DNA of 64,000 bases from Leptospiraceae bacterium. GTDB taxonomy: Bacteria; Spirochaetota; Leptospiria; Leptospirales; Leptonemataceae. The DNA lies in assembly GCA_040217195.1 (NCBI GenBank), contig JAVJNR010000003.1, positions 640,001 to 704,000 of the forward strand, read 5' to 3'. This document shows, in pieces, positions 47,755 to 57,741 of this stretch; within the stretch, counting starts at the first letter, position 1; the number at the start of each line of letters is the position of its first letter. The notes below the pieces were generated by a model. The model searched no databases. It saw only the letters and a list, made by a program, of their open reading frames with translations, and was not told where the DNA came from. The translations under genes were made by a program, and so were the position numbers.

Positions 47755-49731
47755 ATGATTAAGCTCTGGAAAGCCCCCTTTCAATCAATGGTTTTTTCTG
47801 CCATACTGTTTGGCATTCTGTCAGCATTGTCGCTGGCACCGTTCAATTTTCCTTTAACAACATATCTGGCACTGTGGATATTATTCTATCAGGCACAGCT
47901 ACAGAGCCTTTCGGCAAAGAAGCTTCTATGGTTTGGCTTTATGGCTGCATTCTGGCTCTGTGTTTTTGGATTTTACTGGACCATCCATCTATTCACAGTG
48001 TATGGCGGGCTTCCTGTATATCTTGCAGTCTTTACTTTTATTCCGTATACATTCCTGCTAAATCTGAAGATCCCATTTCTGATGCTGGCTCTGGGAGTGC
48101 TGAATAGGAAAAAATATCGAAAGCTGGGTCTTCCCTCTTTGATTCTGGTGCCAACGGTGGCTGTTACGCTGGACCTGATTTTTCCTCAAGTGTTCAACTG
48201 GTACTGGGGCAACCTGATAGCCGGAAATCCGTATTTCTCTCAGCTTGCGGAATATGTTGGCATACATGGCCTGAGCTTTCTACTATTCTTCCTTTCCTAC
48301 GGTTCATTCAAGTTGCTAAAAGGAAGCCCCTGGAAATTGCAGTACTGGAAACGGTTTCAGAGCATTCAGCGATGGAAGGTTGCCAGCCCAATCGCCCTGG
48401 TGGCTGTTCTGGGGCTGCTTTTTGGAGCCTACAAGAAGTCCAGCGTTGAGGAGTTTCAGGCCGAGCTTCCCCATGTAACGGCTCTTACCATTCAGCCAAA
48501 TGCTCCTCTGGAAAAGGCTGGAGCCCAGGATGTTACCTGGCCTGTGATTCGTAAGCTACTCACAGGAACCATACCGGAAATAGCAAATAAGGCCCAAAAC
48601 GCTGCAAAACAAAAAGAGCTAAAAGTGGATCTGGTGGTTCTTCCTGAGTCCGCCGTGCCTTATTTTACCACCCAGGATAATTTCATCACCAGAAAGCTGT
48701 CTCCTTCCAATCGAATGCCAAGCATCTACAGACCGGAATATGAGGAACTGGTGCTTAAACTGGCCAGGTCATTCGATGCAGAGGTTTTTATTAACCAGAA
48801 TGCCTATGGTGCCAGCCGCGATCCGTCCACGGGAACTCCCAGAATCGATGCCTATAACTCCTCAGCACTGTTTGCACGAAACGGAAAGCGAGCCGGATAT
48901 TACCACAAACAAATCCTAATCGCATTCGGAGAACAGATACCTTACGCAGAATTTCTGGATGACACCGGGTTGATCCAACTGGTTCCGGAAAGCGTTCGAT
49001 ATAGCCGTTTCAGACCAGGGAAAAAATTTACCCTAATTCCCTATCAATCCCCTGCTCTGGAGCCAGAGCAGCCCATCGAAGTAAGCTACGGTTCACTGTC
49101 AGACCCGAAGGCAATCAAAACCCAGGCCGTTCAAGATCTGCGGGAGGAGCTCTCAGAAAAGCAGTTCTTCCCCACCGGTCAGTTCATGCCACTCATCTGT
49201 TACGAAGTATTGAGCCCCAATTATATTCGTGACTATTTCCATGAGAACAATGCGAATCCAGACTTCATGGTAAATATTACCCAGGATAAGTGGTATGGAA
49301 AAACCATCGAAACCTTTCAGCACTTTGAGCTTGGTAGAATTCGAGCCATAGAAACCAGAAGAGCGCTTTTGCGATCCACAAATAGCGGTACTTCAGGCAT
49401 GGTGGATCTGGCAGGTAACTATTCAGAACCCGAAGTAGGGATGCGACTTACAGGTCAGGAAGTGGAGGATTTTCAAATCTTTCGCGTACCTGTGCATCGT
49501 GGCGAGGACACCGTCTACGTAACCTATGGCGATACATGGTTCCTTTTGCCATTTCTGACTCTGGGTGCCTTCTGGTTTGTACGGCGACGCAGATCCAGGG
49601 CAGGATCAGACCGGACTTCCAGGCAGCCCACATCTGCAGTAGGTCCCGCAGACGGAGCTTCAGTCAGGGTTCAAATACCGCGGAAGAAATCTACTCCACG
49701 TCCTCCCACTCGTCGCCGTAATGGAAAGTGA
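47755..49731 (+). CDS. lnt: Apolipoprotein N-acyltransferase
   Basis: N-terminal TMs; IQPN, LPES, YHK..L..FGE, ICYE, R.IE.RR...R.TN.G.S. Confidence 0.9.
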   Translation: MIKLWKAPFQSMVFSAILFGILSALSLAPFNFPLTTYLALWILFYQAQLQSLSAKKLLWFGFMAAFWLCVFGFYWTIHLFTVYGGLPVYLAVFTFIPYTFLLNLKIPFLMLALGVLNRKKYRKLGLPSLILVPTVAVTLDLIFPQVFNWYWGNLIAGNPYFSQLAEYVGIHGLSFLLFFLSYGSFKLLKGSPWKLQYWKRFQSIQRWKVASPIALVAVLGLLFGAYKKSSVEEFQAELPHVTALTIQPNAPLEKAGAQDVTWPVIRKLLTGTIPEIANKAQNAAKQKELKVDLVVLPESAVPYFTTQDNFITRKLSPSNRMPSIYRPEYEELVLKLARSFDAEVFINQNAYGASRDPSTGTPRIDAYNSSALFARNGKRAGYYHKQILIAFGEQIPYAEFLDDTGLIQLVPESVRYSRFRPGKKFTLIPYQSPALEPEQPIEVSYGSLSDPKAIKTQAVQDLREELSEKQFFPTGQFMPLICYEVLSPNYIRDYFHENNANPDFMVNITQDKWYGKTIETFQHFELGRIRAIETRRALLRSTNSGTSGMVDLAGNYSEPEVGMRLTGQEVEDFQIFRVPVHRGEDTVYVTYGDTWFLLPFLTLGAFWFVRRRRSRAGSDRTSRQPTSAVGPADGASVRVQIPRKKSTPRPPTRRRNGK

Positions 49732-50329
49732 GCTCCTCATCGGGCTCAATGGCGCGAATGCTGTAAAGACGGTTCTCGTCCCATTCTACATTGGGACGGG
49801 AGCTGTGGTTCAGATAACGCAGCTCATTCTTTCCATCAATGCCTCTCCAGGATCCGCTGTCCTGCTCTACCCATAGTACGTAGATATCATCATCCAGGGA
49901 TGGAATCCCTTCATAAGATCCCACATACGCACCCTTTGGAATTCGGCTCCTGGCAAAAGCGCCCATTCCATGAATGCCGCTCTTTTTATTATAAACGTAC
50001 TTCTCAATGGCCTTGTTCGATCGAGCCGAGAATTTCAGAGGAAAGGGAGTGTCTTTGGGAAGAATCCGAGGCCTTTGGGCAGCCTTCGAATGCTTCTTTT
50101 CTACAGCCCGGTGGCCGGTTACACTACTGGCAGGCTTACTGGCCTTTTTGGGGCTGGCCGGCTTTTTTTTACCAGCCGGCTTTTTCTTCGATACCGGCTT
50201 CTTGTTCGTAGCCGACTTTTTCTTCGATGCCGGTTTTTTCTTACCAGCCGGTGTCTTCTTCGTTGCTGGCTTCTTTACAGTTCTTGATGTGCTATTATTC
50301 TTTTTCTTGGTAGAGGTTTTCTTTTTCAT
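49691..50329 (-). CDS. SET-domain lysine methyltransferase with N-terminal histone H1-like Lys/Pro/Ala repeats
   Basis: SGIHGMGAFA, RYLNHSSRPN, EELTFHYG; seven xKKPAx hexapeptide units at the N-terminus. Confidence 0.88.
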   Translation of the reverse strand: MKKKTSTKKKNNSTSRTVKKPATKKTPAGKKKPASKKKSATNKKPVSKKKPAGKKKPASPKKASKPASSVTGHRAVEKKHSKAAQRPRILPKDTPFPLKFSARSNKAIEKYVYNKKSGIHGMGAFARSRIPKGAYVGSYEGIPSLDDDIYVLWVEQDSGSWRGIDGKNELRYLNHSSRPNVEWDENRLYSIRAIEPDEELTFHYGDEWEDVE

Positions 50330-50337
50330 TCGTTACT

Positions 50338-51411
50338 TCAGGATTGTTTTCTGGCTTTCAGTCGTTCCGCCTGACTTACAATATCCGTTACACGAACACC
50401 GAAGTTCTCGTCAATTACAACAACCTCTCCCTTGGCAATAAGCTTACCGTTTACCAGGAGATCCACAGGCTCACCAGCCAGCTTATCCAGTTCAATAATG
50501 GAGCCTTCACCGAGACTGAGAATTTCCTTGATGTATTTTTTGGTCCGACCCAGCTCCACAGTAAGGGTCATCTCCACATCCATGAGTAAATCCATGTTGG
50601 GAGTAAGTGGGCCCATGCCTGCATTGGAGAGCTGAGGGAAGCCTACATTCTTTAATGGATTTTGTCCCGGCTGCGGTCCCTGAGGCTGATGGCCCATTTC
50701 CGGATTCATCATCTGGGAGCCGGCTGCCGCACGACGAGATCGCTCATGCAGGGATCTGGCCATATCCAGGGGCAGCAATAGCGTTACCCGGGAATCCACT
50801 GTATTTTCGATCTTCAGTGGAATCTGTACTCGAAGTAATCGGCCGCCGCCCACCGGAAATGTGGGTTCATCGGCTACGTTCTTAACATCCAGGCCCAGAG
50901 GGGTTACCGCTTCCCCGGCTTTTACGGAGAACTGATTCACCATAGAAAAGAGCAAGGGGCCCATAGCATCCTTGATGGTGGCTATCTGAGCACTATCCAG
51001 GGTCTCTACGGCTTCTTCCGTGGCATCACCGCCCATAAGAAGAGAGCTAATTTTGCTAGCATCCGAGGTGGACAGAAATAGGGCCACGGAGCCAGATAAG
51101 GCACCGGTGAGATTCTGAGAAAAATATACGTAACCGGATGAGAGTTCCTTTTCTGCCTCTTCGGCGGATCGAACCTCAGCATAGGGATTTCCCAGATTTA
51201 CAGATCTGGAAAGTATCATGGATAAGGATTGAGTCCCGGATCTCAGGCCCTGATAGGCAATGTCTGCCAGGCTCTCCTTTTCCAGAGGAGAGAGATCTTC
51301 GCCCCCACCCTGATTCTGTGCAGGACCAGCCTCCGAGGCCTGACCGGATAAATCATCCGCCCCCTGCAACAAAAGATCTATTTCTTCCTGCGTTAATGAA
51401 CCGTCCGCCAT
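50338..51411 (-). CDS. fliY: Flagellar motor switch protein FliY/FliN
   Basis: N-terminal GSLTQEEIDLLL, CheC-like middle, SpoA domain TVELGRT..GEVVVIDENFGVRVT. Confidence 0.88.
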   Translation of the reverse strand: MADGSLTQEEIDLLLQGADDLSGQASEAGPAQNQGGGEDLSPLEKESLADIAYQGLRSGTQSLSMILSRSVNLGNPYAEVRSAEEAEKELSSGYVYFSQNLTGALSGSVALFLSTSDASKISSLLMGGDATEEAVETLDSAQIATIKDAMGPLLFSMVNQFSVKAGEAVTPLGLDVKNVADEPTFPVGGGRLLRVQIPLKIENTVDSRVTLLLPLDMARSLHERSRRAAAGSQMMNPEMGHQPQGPQPGQNPLKNVGFPQLSNAGMGPLTPNMDLLMDVEMTLTVELGRTKKYIKEILSLGEGSIIELDKLAGEPVDLLVNGKLIAKGEVVVIDENFGVRVTDIVSQAERLKARKQS

Positions 51412-51476
51412 ATTGCTACCTGTGGGTATTATCGGACATATTGTCAAATAGAGCCATTAGTTTCTTCCATTGAAAA

Positions 51477-51505
51477 CCCGCAAACTGCGTCCTGCAGTTT
51501 GCGGG
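51477..51505 (-). terminator. Perfect 12-bp hairpin with short U-tract on minus strand
   Basis: cccgcaaactgc-gtcct-gcagtttgcggg preceded by aaa on +. Confidence 0.6.
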
Positions 51506-51519
51506 AAAGCTTTGCAATG

Positions 51520-51788
51520 AGCTCCATATGGAGCTCACAGACATCCTGTCTGTAGTGCTCTGCCATGCAGAGCACGGGGGCGGGCTGCGCCCTATACAAA
51601 CTTCCTGTTTGTGCATGATTTCTACGAAATCATGCTGAGTGCCCGCATGGATATAGAATCCGGACATTCGTCCAGGCCGGCCAAGGGTGCGGAAAAGCGA
51701 TGTAAACAGCTCCACCCGGAGCTCATAGACATCCTGTCTGTAGTGCTCTGCATGGCAGAGCACGGGGTGCGGGCTGCGCCCTATACAA
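51520..51788. repeat. Two direct copies (~80 bp) of a multi-hairpin REP-like element
   Basis: Copies 51520-51599 and 51708-51788: agctcca-nnn-ggagctca(c/t)agacatcctgtctgtagtgctctgc-nnn-gcagagcacgggg..cgggctgcgccctatacaa. Confidence 0.9.
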
Positions 51789-51852
51789 TCTCCCGGCTCT
51801 CACACTTCCTTTGCTTCGCCGCACTGGGACTTCCTGTCCGGCGTCCTGTTCG

Positions 51853-53784
51853 CTAAAGCTTCGTGAAGAAGCTTTCATAAGGAGCCATGCTTACAGAAAT
51901 TTTGTCTTTCGTTACGGTCCAGGGTATGAGCTGGCCATCAAATAGGTCCACGCGGCGCTTTAGATCACCGGTAGTCAGAGCCTCGGGCAAAGGTACTTCG
52001 ATTCGGGCCGGTTTGTCCGTGGGATTCCAGATGCCCAGGTATCCTGCAGGATTATAGGCACCCAGAGGAAAGGGATGATCCAATCCAGCCAGAGGAATGG
52101 ATGTGCGACTAGAACACTTTTTATTGATTTCCAGGATCTTATCCAGCCATTGAAACCTGGCTCCGTCTAGAATCTGCAAATCATCGCTGATCAAAATCAT
52201 GCCTCCTACCAGAGTCATGATCACAGCAGATAATCGAATCTGAGCATCCGTCAGTTCTGTTTCCCGGTTTCGCAGCATCAGACAATCCGGATCATTGAGC
52301 CAGAGCCTTTGATGCATAAAAGAGCGAAGCAGGTTGTTTTGTAATGCAGGACGCAATGCAGGAAAATTGCGATCTCCCAGAAGATTTCCCAGGAAAGGCT
52401 TTTCCCACATATGGTTCACATCCATACTAACTCGCTGTCCATCTACAATGCCAATGCTGGGATATAGCGGACAACCACATCCAAGAAGGAAGGTCTTTCT
52501 GCCAGCGGCCTTACGAATCACCTCCAGAGCTTTTCGAAGACGCATGGATCCAGTTGTATCCATAGAATGATAGCGACCACGGAAGTAAGGAGTGAATAGA
52601 AAATCCAGCTTTAGATAAGTAAATCCCTGATCTACAAAGTGCCTGGTTACCCGGGAAATATAATCCAGGAATACTGGATGAGTTACATCCAGTGCATAGG
52701 TTTTGCCACCCCAGTTCGGATTGATTAATGCTCGCACAGGTCGGCCGGATGGGCTTCGCAGCAGTATCTCCGGATGCTTCTTGATTAGATCTGCGTCGGG
52801 CCTGGCAAGGAAGGGAGCGAACCAGACGCCGGCCCTGTAGCCGGATTTCTTGATTTCTTTTACAAGCGGTGCCAGACCATTGGGGAACTTCTCATTTGTG
52901 CTAAGCCAATCTCCAATATTTTTCTGATAACCGTCGTCAATCTGGAAGACATCCATCTTAACTTCCCGTGCTTTCAGAAGCATTAGATTGTGCGAAAGAT
53001 TCTCCTCATTTATTCCAGTATAATAATGATACCAGGAACACCATCCACTGAAATTAGCAGACCGATTGGGCGGATCCGGCAGATCCCGACTAATCTCATT
53101 AAAGCATTTGTCGATGAAACTAAAGAATTCCAGTGGCTCATTCTGGGTGCGAAAGCCCTTTACCAGCGAAAGAGGAAGAATGGAATGGGAGACGGATTTT
53201 TGCCCGTTAAAGTCCCAGATAATTCGAAGGTCATTCAGTGAACCATCTGATGGATTTAGATGAACTTTGTAACGAACATGCTGCAGGCCTATCTCTGCCT
53301 GACCCAAAAAGAGCATTTTCCCGGAATCGGCCACCAGAGAAACCAGGCCTTCGGAATGAAATAAGCCTCGGCGGGCCATAGAATGCAGCCGGCCGGGAAT
53401 GCGGGAAGGGAAATCAGTTTCTGGATTTTCATCCATGTCATGCTTCCAGCGAAAGCGCGATTGTAGATCCCGATCTTTTGCCCCTACCACCTGGCACACG
53501 GACCAGGAGTGATAACCATGCTGAAAAATTCGAATTCCATGCTGCCCTGGATAGAATCTGCCCTGGGGGTCGTTAAACCGAACTTCGAACCTTTCAATAT
53601 TCAGCTCTTGATCCGAAAGCTGTTTTAACCTGAAACGAAGAGAATCCTCGCCACTCTGATCCTTCAGCTGGAAGGTATTGCGGGAACTGCTGCGTACAAT
53701 GCCGCTGCGTTCAAAGTCCTCCTCTACCAGTTTTCCGGATTTCTTGTACGCTATGTGACAGGAATAGTCTTGGAATAAGGACAT
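51853..53784 (-). CDS. Alpha-galactosidase, GH36 family
   Basis: GWCSWYHYY, FQIDDGYQ..IGDW, KFPNG, GVWFAPF, YLKLDF, LGCGCP, NDPDCL. Confidence 0.9.
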   Translation of the reverse strand: MSLFQDYSCHIAYKKSGKLVEEDFERSGIVRSSSRNTFQLKDQSGEDSLRFRLKQLSDQELNIERFEVRFNDPQGRFYPGQHGIRIFQHGYHSWSVCQVVGAKDRDLQSRFRWKHDMDENPETDFPSRIPGRLHSMARRGLFHSEGLVSLVADSGKMLFLGQAEIGLQHVRYKVHLNPSDGSLNDLRIIWDFNGQKSVSHSILPLSLVKGFRTQNEPLEFFSFIDKCFNEISRDLPDPPNRSANFSGWCSWYHYYTGINEENLSHNLMLLKAREVKMDVFQIDDGYQKNIGDWLSTNEKFPNGLAPLVKEIKKSGYRAGVWFAPFLARPDADLIKKHPEILLRSPSGRPVRALINPNWGGKTYALDVTHPVFLDYISRVTRHFVDQGFTYLKLDFLFTPYFRGRYHSMDTTGSMRLRKALEVIRKAAGRKTFLLGCGCPLYPSIGIVDGQRVSMDVNHMWEKPFLGNLLGDRNFPALRPALQNNLLRSFMHQRLWLNDPDCLMLRNRETELTDAQIRLSAVIMTLVGGMILISDDLQILDGARFQWLDKILEINKKCSSRTSIPLAGLDHPFPLGAYNPAGYLGIWNPTDKPARIEVPLPEALTTGDLKRRVDLFDGQLIPWTVTKDKISVSMAPYESFFTKL

Positions 53785-53915
53785 GCCTACGCTGTGAAAT
53801 GGTACCGGCACCGGGCAATTCTTTTTCAAGGTCCCTGAACAGAGCGGATCCGGTAACGGAGCCACTGAACTCTTTATAGGCTTGATCTTGTATAGGATAT
53901 GCATTCACTGACGCT

Positions 53916-54596
53916 GTGGCAAACCAGGCGGCCATTTTTGATTTCGACAGTGTACTCTTTCACGATAGCAATATCTGGAAAGTGAAGCATCCGGCTGTGG
54001 GAATCCTGGGCATGGCAGCCAGCACAAGCGATGTACTGCAGCATTTCCAGAAAGGTATCTTAAAGACCAATGGAAAACATCTACCAGACTATTACTCCCT
54101 GGATGAGTTCCCCTACGACTTACTGGATGACTCATCCAGCTTCAATATATTGCCGCCAGAATTGGTCCGCACAACGGCCAGGTCTCATGGGCAAAAAAGA
54201 AGGGATCTATTCGTTTTGAGTATGACTCGCAGAACCGGTATTCTGAACTTTCTTTGCGATTTGATCCCACCGGAAAAAGGTCCGATTCCATTTCCCAATC
54301 CATTCGAAACATGCGATGTTCTGGAACTCCGAACCGAAGACCTGGATGAAATAAAAAGAGCTCAGGACCTACCTCTGGCCAGGATGCGCCGAATGCTATC
54401 CCTTCTGAGCTATAATGATGGAAGGCCTACAGCAGCACCCGGGCCTTATGAGCGAATTTTCTATCATACAACAGATCGTGTGGCCGCAGAACTGGTCAGC
54501 GGATACGTTCACAAAAACCATTCATTGCTGGAAGATGGTCGAAATGCCATTCTGGTTTATTATATTGCTCGGGCACGAGATCTGGCAGAAATCTAG
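53916..54596 (+). CDS. Hypothetical protein
   Basis: 226-aa ORF filling the gap; N-terminal AAIFDFDSVLF is HAD-motif-like. Confidence 0.55.
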   Translation: MANQAAIFDFDSVLFHDSNIWKVKHPAVGILGMAASTSDVLQHFQKGILKTNGKHLPDYYSLDEFPYDLLDDSSSFNILPPELVRTTARSHGQKRRDLFVLSMTRRTGILNFLCDLIPPEKGPIPFPNPFETCDVLELRTEDLDEIKRAQDLPLARMRRMLSLLSYNDGRPTAAPGPYERIFYHTTDRVAAELVSGYVHKNHSLLEDGRNAILVYYIARARDLAEI

Positions 54597-54681
54597 ATTC
54601 TTGCAGTTCATAGTAAGGATTTGATCGCTTTCGCACTGGAATCGAAATCTCGCTTCCTACAGCTTCAATTGATGTTCAGGT

Positions 54682-55770
54682 CTAGCGCCAGAAAATAAGG
54701 TTATCCGTAAAGGAATCATCCGTTCTTGCCTCGGCTCTGGCAAAAACGATATCGTCTGCATTGAAATGTACTTCGCCCTTTTCGGTTTGAAGCACCCATT
54801 CGTATCGGGACCGTAGAATTAGATCTCCACTTACCTTCAAGCCACTTCGAAGCATTACGTATCCATGCTGACCCACAGTAAGATCCATACCTTCTGCAGG
54901 AGTCCTGGACGATCTAGAATCATCAGGACGCAGTTGAATTCTACCAAATTCTGATTCTAGCTGCGTATTGTAGCCGTCGAATTCTGTCGTCTCATAGGCT
55001 AGATTCATTCCGCTGGAGAGATCCAGAGAATCCTCTGCATTTATTCTGTTCTTTACCGCTTCCAGATCAGAAGAATCAATAATTCTCTCCGGCCGGCTAC
55101 CATCGGAGGAAGCCGGAATTTTCATCTGCTCAATCTCTGAGGTGTGAAACTCCATAAAACCGGCCGATGTTTCCAGAACATAATGCTGGCCATGCTTCTC
55201 TACAATCTGAGCTTTGATTTCCTGTCCACTCCAGAGCCGAACAGTGCCTCGAGTTTTTTCCAGGCGAAGAGCTTCCAGGCGACGCCTCTCCTGCTGCCGG
55301 GCCGATTCTATTTCATTTCCCGGCTCCTTTTCACCAATTTCATTTTCAGCCTGCCTGGCTACTTCCTCTACAAGATCTTCTCGATCGGCTAACTCAGCCT
55401 CTCGTTGCTCTTTTTCACGTTTTTCCCGAAGCTCTTTATCCCGGCGCTTTCTATCCTCTTCGCGTTTTTTCTTGAGTTTCTCTTCCCGTTCTTCCTTTGC
55501 TTCCTCTTTCTTCAAAGCAACAAGTTTGATTTCTTGCTTATCCGTTTCCCTTCTGGAAAAATAAAAGATTGAGGCGATGGTAGATTTGGAAATGAGCTGA
55601 ACTCGCCCATCGTCGCCTACGAAATTAACATTCGAGATAGTCTGACCGGTAACAGAACCTTCCAGTTTCTCTCCATTTCGAAGCACAACCAGGTCCGCAA
55701 AGGCAGGAACAGAGATTCCATAACCAATGCCAAGGGCCATTGCAAGAGCTTTCTTTTCGGACGGTCGCAT
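54682..55770 (-). CDS. Secreted hypothetical protein with repeated small beta modules and a charged coiled coil
   Basis: Signal peptide AFA; four V.L..G..(L/I).G.V modules; E/K/R-rich helix. Confidence 0.7.
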   Translation of the reverse strand: MRPSEKKALAMALGIGYGISVPAFADLVVLRNGEKLEGSVTGQTISNVNFVGDDGRVQLISKSTIASIFYFSRRETDKQEIKLVALKKEEAKEEREEKLKKKREEDRKRRDKELREKREKEQREAELADREDLVEEVARQAENEIGEKEPGNEIESARQQERRRLEALRLEKTRGTVRLWSGQEIKAQIVEKHGQHYVLETSAGFMEFHTSEIEQMKIPASSDGSRPERIIDSSDLEAVKNRINAEDSLDLSSGMNLAYETTEFDGYNTQLESEFGRIQLRPDDSRSSRTPAEGMDLTVGQHGYVMLRSGLKVSGDLILRSRYEWVLQTEKGEVHFNADDIVFARAEARTDDSFTDNLIFWR

Positions 55771-55913
55771 GAGATACCTCGTACCCATAAATAGACGAAT
55801 AGAACGATGACCTTGTTTTGCGAAAAAATCGCAGGTTCAGCACCAATATAACACCCAGTTGGCCGGAACAGCCAACGCCCGCAGGATTATGTCACTCCTT
55901 CGCGATTCAGATC

Positions 55914-56366
55914 CTAGTTGAAACCGAAGTGCAATCGTCTGGTTACCCGCACCACTTCTATGGCACCACCCGTAATCAGAATCTCTTTTCCATTGAGGTC
56001 AACAAATTGTGCCCTTGCCGGTCCACCCTTCGGATTCAGCATACCGGGAGCCAATCCCATAAGATCGGTGATGCCATCGCCATAAGCTTTTCCAAAGCAA
56101 CCAGAAGCGCCAAAGTTGGGATAATTGATACCGTTGGACTTCATGTAAGGCTGAAGATAGAATAGTCCCACCGCCCAATGGAAAGGAGATATGACGCAGT
56201 CCAATACAGTTCCTGTTCCGGTAAAAACGGTGTCTGTAACGTACGTGCGAGTCTTTCCGGTCTCATCTATGTGTCGCACTTGAAATGCAGAACAGCTCAA
56301 AGCAAGAGACACAATACCAATTAGAAATGCCGTTCGTAACGCTCGAATAATCTGCAATGGATTCAT
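55914..56366 (-). CDS. Hypothetical lipoprotein
   Basis: AGGAGG RBS; lipobox LALSC. Confidence 0.65.
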   Translation of the reverse strand: MNPLQIIRALRTAFLIGIVSLALSCSAFQVRHIDETGKTRTYVTDTVFTGTGTVLDCVISPFHWAVGLFYLQPYMKSNGINYPNFGASGCFGKAYGDGITDLMGLAPGMLNPKGGPARAQFVDLNGKEILITGGAIEVVRVTRRLHFGFN

Positions 56367-56639
56367 TTAATCCCTCCTGATCCTGCTTTCAAAATCGGTC
56401 GTATCCTACCAGACATTCAAAGGCTACCATTAAATTTACCTTTTTTTACAAACAATTACCACGTACCGAAGTACGATCATAGAAATTTCGCTGATCAGCA
56501 AGAATGCCAGCGGTTCTATTGCTGCTCAGCGTCAAGGTCCCATGCCTAAAATCCATCCGACGTTGGTCTGCGCAGAATTCTTTTGCTTTACAGACTTTAA
56601 TTCTGGCTTCGGAATCACGAAAATAGGGATACCCCGGAA

Positions 56640-57455
56640 ATGAAAACAGGCATTGCGATGAAAACAGTAATTGGAATTTTGATTGGTCTAATAATATTCT
56701 CTACCGGCCTTTCTGCAGAGGTCATTCGACTGAACGGAGGACAGATCCTGGAAGGGGAAGTAATCGATGAATCGGACAAGCTTCTGGTCATAGAAACTGG
56801 AACGGGAACCTTCACCATACGCAAAGAAGATATTCTGGAGCGGGAAAGGCCTGGCGGTCCTAAAATCGTAAGACTGGACCGTCAATCTCTGAGCCCCATG
56901 GGAGCTGCTGCTCGAAGTTTCATTCCGTTCTACAGTGGTTTTTACGAAACAGAGGATGAAGAGTTCGGACTTCTTTTCGCCACTCTGCAGGGAGTCTATG
57001 CACTTGGAACCATCGACAATATGCCGGGCCTTCGCCGCGACATCGGCTGGAACAATCCCCAATACTGGAAAGGGCCCCTGGATCATGGCCAATCTGCCAA
57101 TGAATTTCTGCAAGGGCTGGACTTCGGAGCTTTCTTTACCAGAAGTGCCGTAGATAATTACGTAACACTGGAAGCCCTAACTAAGTACAATGACAGTTTC
57201 TATCCGGTGAAGACTGTTCTTACTCAGAAGGTACGATCCAAAAAAGACTCCGATAGCAATTTTCGCAACAATCTCCGCGGATACTTGATCACATCGCTCA
57301 TCCATGCTGGCCTCACCTACTGGCATGTAAATTCCTATGAGGGCGGCTCCTGGCTATCTCAGGAACCAGAAGCTCTAACTCCCGGTCGGGTTTATGGCTA
57401 TGTAGTACCAGGAGGAAAGGATAGCGTTCATTTTGGAATGATGATGGTCTTTTAG
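56640..57455 (+). CDS. Secreted/outer-membrane hypothetical protein
   Basis: Signal peptide; EVIRLNGGQILEGEVI module; C-terminal Phe. Confidence 0.65.
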   Translation: MKTGIAMKTVIGILIGLIIFSTGLSAEVIRLNGGQILEGEVIDESDKLLVIETGTGTFTIRKEDILERERPGGPKIVRLDRQSLSPMGAAARSFIPFYSGFYETEDEEFGLLFATLQGVYALGTIDNMPGLRRDIGWNNPQYWKGPLDHGQSANEFLQGLDFGAFFTRSAVDNYVTLEALTKYNDSFYPVKTVLTQKVRSKKDSDSNFRNNLRGYLITSLIHAGLTYWHVNSYEGGSWLSQEPEALTPGRVYGYVVPGGKDSVHFGMMMVF

Positions 57456-57741
57456 TAATTAGATTGATTTGCCCCGGGGCCCCCGGCCATCTACCTCTGC
57501 AATCTACCATGAAGCATAGTTCTTCCCGGCAAATAAGCCGGTAGGCAAGCCCTTCTCCGGATTCCGGCAACTGAACCGGCAGCGGAGCTTGCTTGCATTG
57601 TAAATAACTGGTCCTCAAAGGCGGGTAAAAGATGGAAGGCAATCCGGCTATCTTCCGCTGGCCCAGGCCCTGGCCTATCAAATCAAAGGATAGGCCGGAG
57701 CCTGGCAGAAAGGATGTATTCGTTGGCCCCTGAGACTCTGG

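Noticed and set aside
50007..50441. Hydrophobic Phe-rich plus-strand ORF that looks like a membrane protein
   Set aside because: Antisense mirror of the Lys codons in the SET protein tail
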